Origin: Felis catus
Taxonomy: Eukaryota
DNA length: 64,000 nt
Assembly (NCBI RefSeq): GCF_018350175.1
Contig: NC_058368.1
Coordinates: forward strand, 227,480,001 to 227,544,000
Direction: 5' to 3'
In this document: positions 62,292-64,000 of the stretch, piece by piece
How positions within the stretch are numbered: the first letter of the stretch is position 1
Layout: the number at the start of each line of letters is the position of its first letter
Program-made: the position numbers and the translations under genes
The notes under the pieces: model-generated
Seen by the model: the letters and a program-made list of their open reading frames with translations, nothing else
What the model was told of the DNA's origin: nothing
Database searches by the model: none

Positions 62292-64000
62292 CTGAAGGGT
62301 GAGAGAGACACGGCAGGTTTGACCGAACGGCCTACAGACAGATCCTCCGGCCGTGTTGCCCGCAGGCTGCGTTCGCCTGCAGGCGGGCGCCCGGCTGTGC
62401 CCGCCGCCTACCTGCGGCCTGGAAATGCGGGAAGGGAAGGTCCGCTGTCTCGCGCACACACCTTTCAAAGCTTTACCGAACCTGAGTTGTTCCCAGAGAC
62501 GATTCTCCTCAGGACGTACCGTTCCCCCCAAAACCCCAAGTCACCAATCCCCTGAAGACCATCACACAGATGGTCTTTAAAACCATGTTCACCCACTTTC
62601 TTGATAAACACAAGCTATGAAAGAAGATTTCAAAAGAAACTAAGAACTAATCCTGGTGCATAAAGACATCAGTTTGACTCACTACCAGTGAACAAAAAGT
62701 ACGGCCCTGTAAATAAAGCGTGGACGTGTGCACGTACCCACATCAGAATGGATCTGACCTGGTCAGACTTTGGGACAAATGACACCCATCTGGAACGCTG
62801 TGTCAAGAGCGAAGTCAGCAGCTGGGAAAGGGGGTAATGCCGGCTGGTTTGGTGGGAGATCCGGCCTGGGGCCAGACCCCGGAACTATGCAGGCGCAGGG
62901 GGTCTTTCTCTCGGACTCGAAGTGACTTCTCTCGTCCAAGTAAATACCAGCAGCACATTTTTAAAAGAAATGCGAGGGGAAGCCTTCCTCAAATAACCAA
63001 CAATGTTTTGCAGAAAACGTATCCGAGTGAATCTTCTCATTGGGTCTCAAAAATTAAAGAGAGTTGACCCTGAATTGTTTTTTCAGGAGAAAAAGAGAGA
63101 CCTAAAAAAAGCTTAGAAGACAGCTGACACTCACTGAATCCAAGCAGTTATGAGGCAGGACTTTACAAACTGAAAATCGGTGACAGGACACTGCCTGGCC
63201 CTTTCCTGAGCACCTGACTTGAGGGTGTCAGTCTAGTGAAACAGAGTAAAATGCTTTACACCTTAAGAAATGGAATGAGGAAGAAGATCATTCACTATGC
63301 TTGTTATTTTCTTAGGTCTTCTGAAGCCTGAAAAATATATTAAAATTACTCTTTGACACGATCCTATTTTACAGACACCTGTATTCGTTTGTTTACCTTG
63401 GTGGCACCGGAGACATTATGTGCTGCAGTTACAAAGCAGGAGAGCTAATCCCTCCCGATCCTGTGATTATATGCGAGAGAGTCAACAGTAGTTTCCCACT
63501 CCTGCTCCAGACTCCTGGACGAGACGGCGGATCCCTGTCTAATTGCCATCGCATTCCTTCCCTGGCCCAAGCCTTGCGTGGGTGGAGGGTATGATCTTCC
63601 ATAAACAGATGACACATTTCAAGCAGGATCGCTCATTCTTAAAAATCTACATTTTCTCAGAGCCAGACTTTGGTTCAAAACTAAGCAATAGAGAATTCAG
63701 TTGACAAGTAAAAACCTTTTCCCCTGTGTGGGTATGTGCACATAGATGTGTGGATCTAGATTCGTTCGTTTATAACTTTATTTTAAAACGAAACTCACTA
63801 CAATATTTCCACATCTCTCCTTTTCCTCAGGTACCATCTAAAGAGGCAGGAGAGAATTACACCATTAAGCTGGCCACAGCACACAGTAAGTACTTCCTAG
63901 AAATTTTCTCAGGTGCCAGTTCAGGATAAAGGCAAACAGGGAAGCACAGTGCCTAGCCTCAGGAACTTTCACGTAGAGACAACAAGAAGGACAAAAAGAA

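Larger units (their letters stand above)
19270..64000 (-). other. TRIO: TRIO gene, 3' portion (about exons 35-57 plus introns and 3'UTR); 5' end lies beyond the window
   Basis: 23 phase-consistent GT-AG exons translate to the recognisable TRIO C-terminal half (DH2-PH2, SH3, Ig, kinase ending LQSRLLPRV*). Confidence 0.98.

Noticed and set aside
62292..64000. Search for a Duet-like internal first exon, and a GC hairpin near 62380-62405
   Set aside because: No Cys-rich Duet-type leader seen; the hairpin stem is only ~7-9 bp in GC-rich DNA
1..64000. CRISPR arrays, operons, tRNA or rRNA genes
   Set aside because: Mammalian DNA; tRNA-like sequences are SINE heads, and there is no repeat-spacer array

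Overview
Mammalian genomic DNA, very likely a felid, given the many young SINEC_Fc-type Can-SINEs and an L1_Fc-like 3' end. About 19.3-64 kb on the minus strand holds the 3' half of TRIO (Trio Rho guanine nucleotide exchange factor). I mapped 23 coding exons by hand, all with GT-AG boundaries and consistent phases (4148 nt, about 1380 aa). They encode the post-SH3 linker, DH2-PH2 (RhoA GEF), Gly/Pro/Ser-rich linker, second SH3, Ig/I-set domain and CaMK-family Ser/Thr kinase, followed by a ~1.8 kb 3'UTR. The 5' part of the gene lies beyond the right edge. Exon numbers are counted back from the last exon by analogy to the 57-exon human model. Two alternative C-termini are visible: a Trio8/Solo-type terminal exon at 58917-58976, which the ORF track misses in this frame, and a Trio9-type intron read-through at 36067-36129. 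Positions 1-19.2 kb are repeat-rich intergenic DNA. I see no convincing new protein-coding system. The most interesting signals concern RNA processing: a reconstituted 5' splice site at exon 47, a splice-signal cluster after exon 48 with a 12-nt element complementary to the exon 49 acceptor, and an unidentified retrocopy inside a MER5 element.
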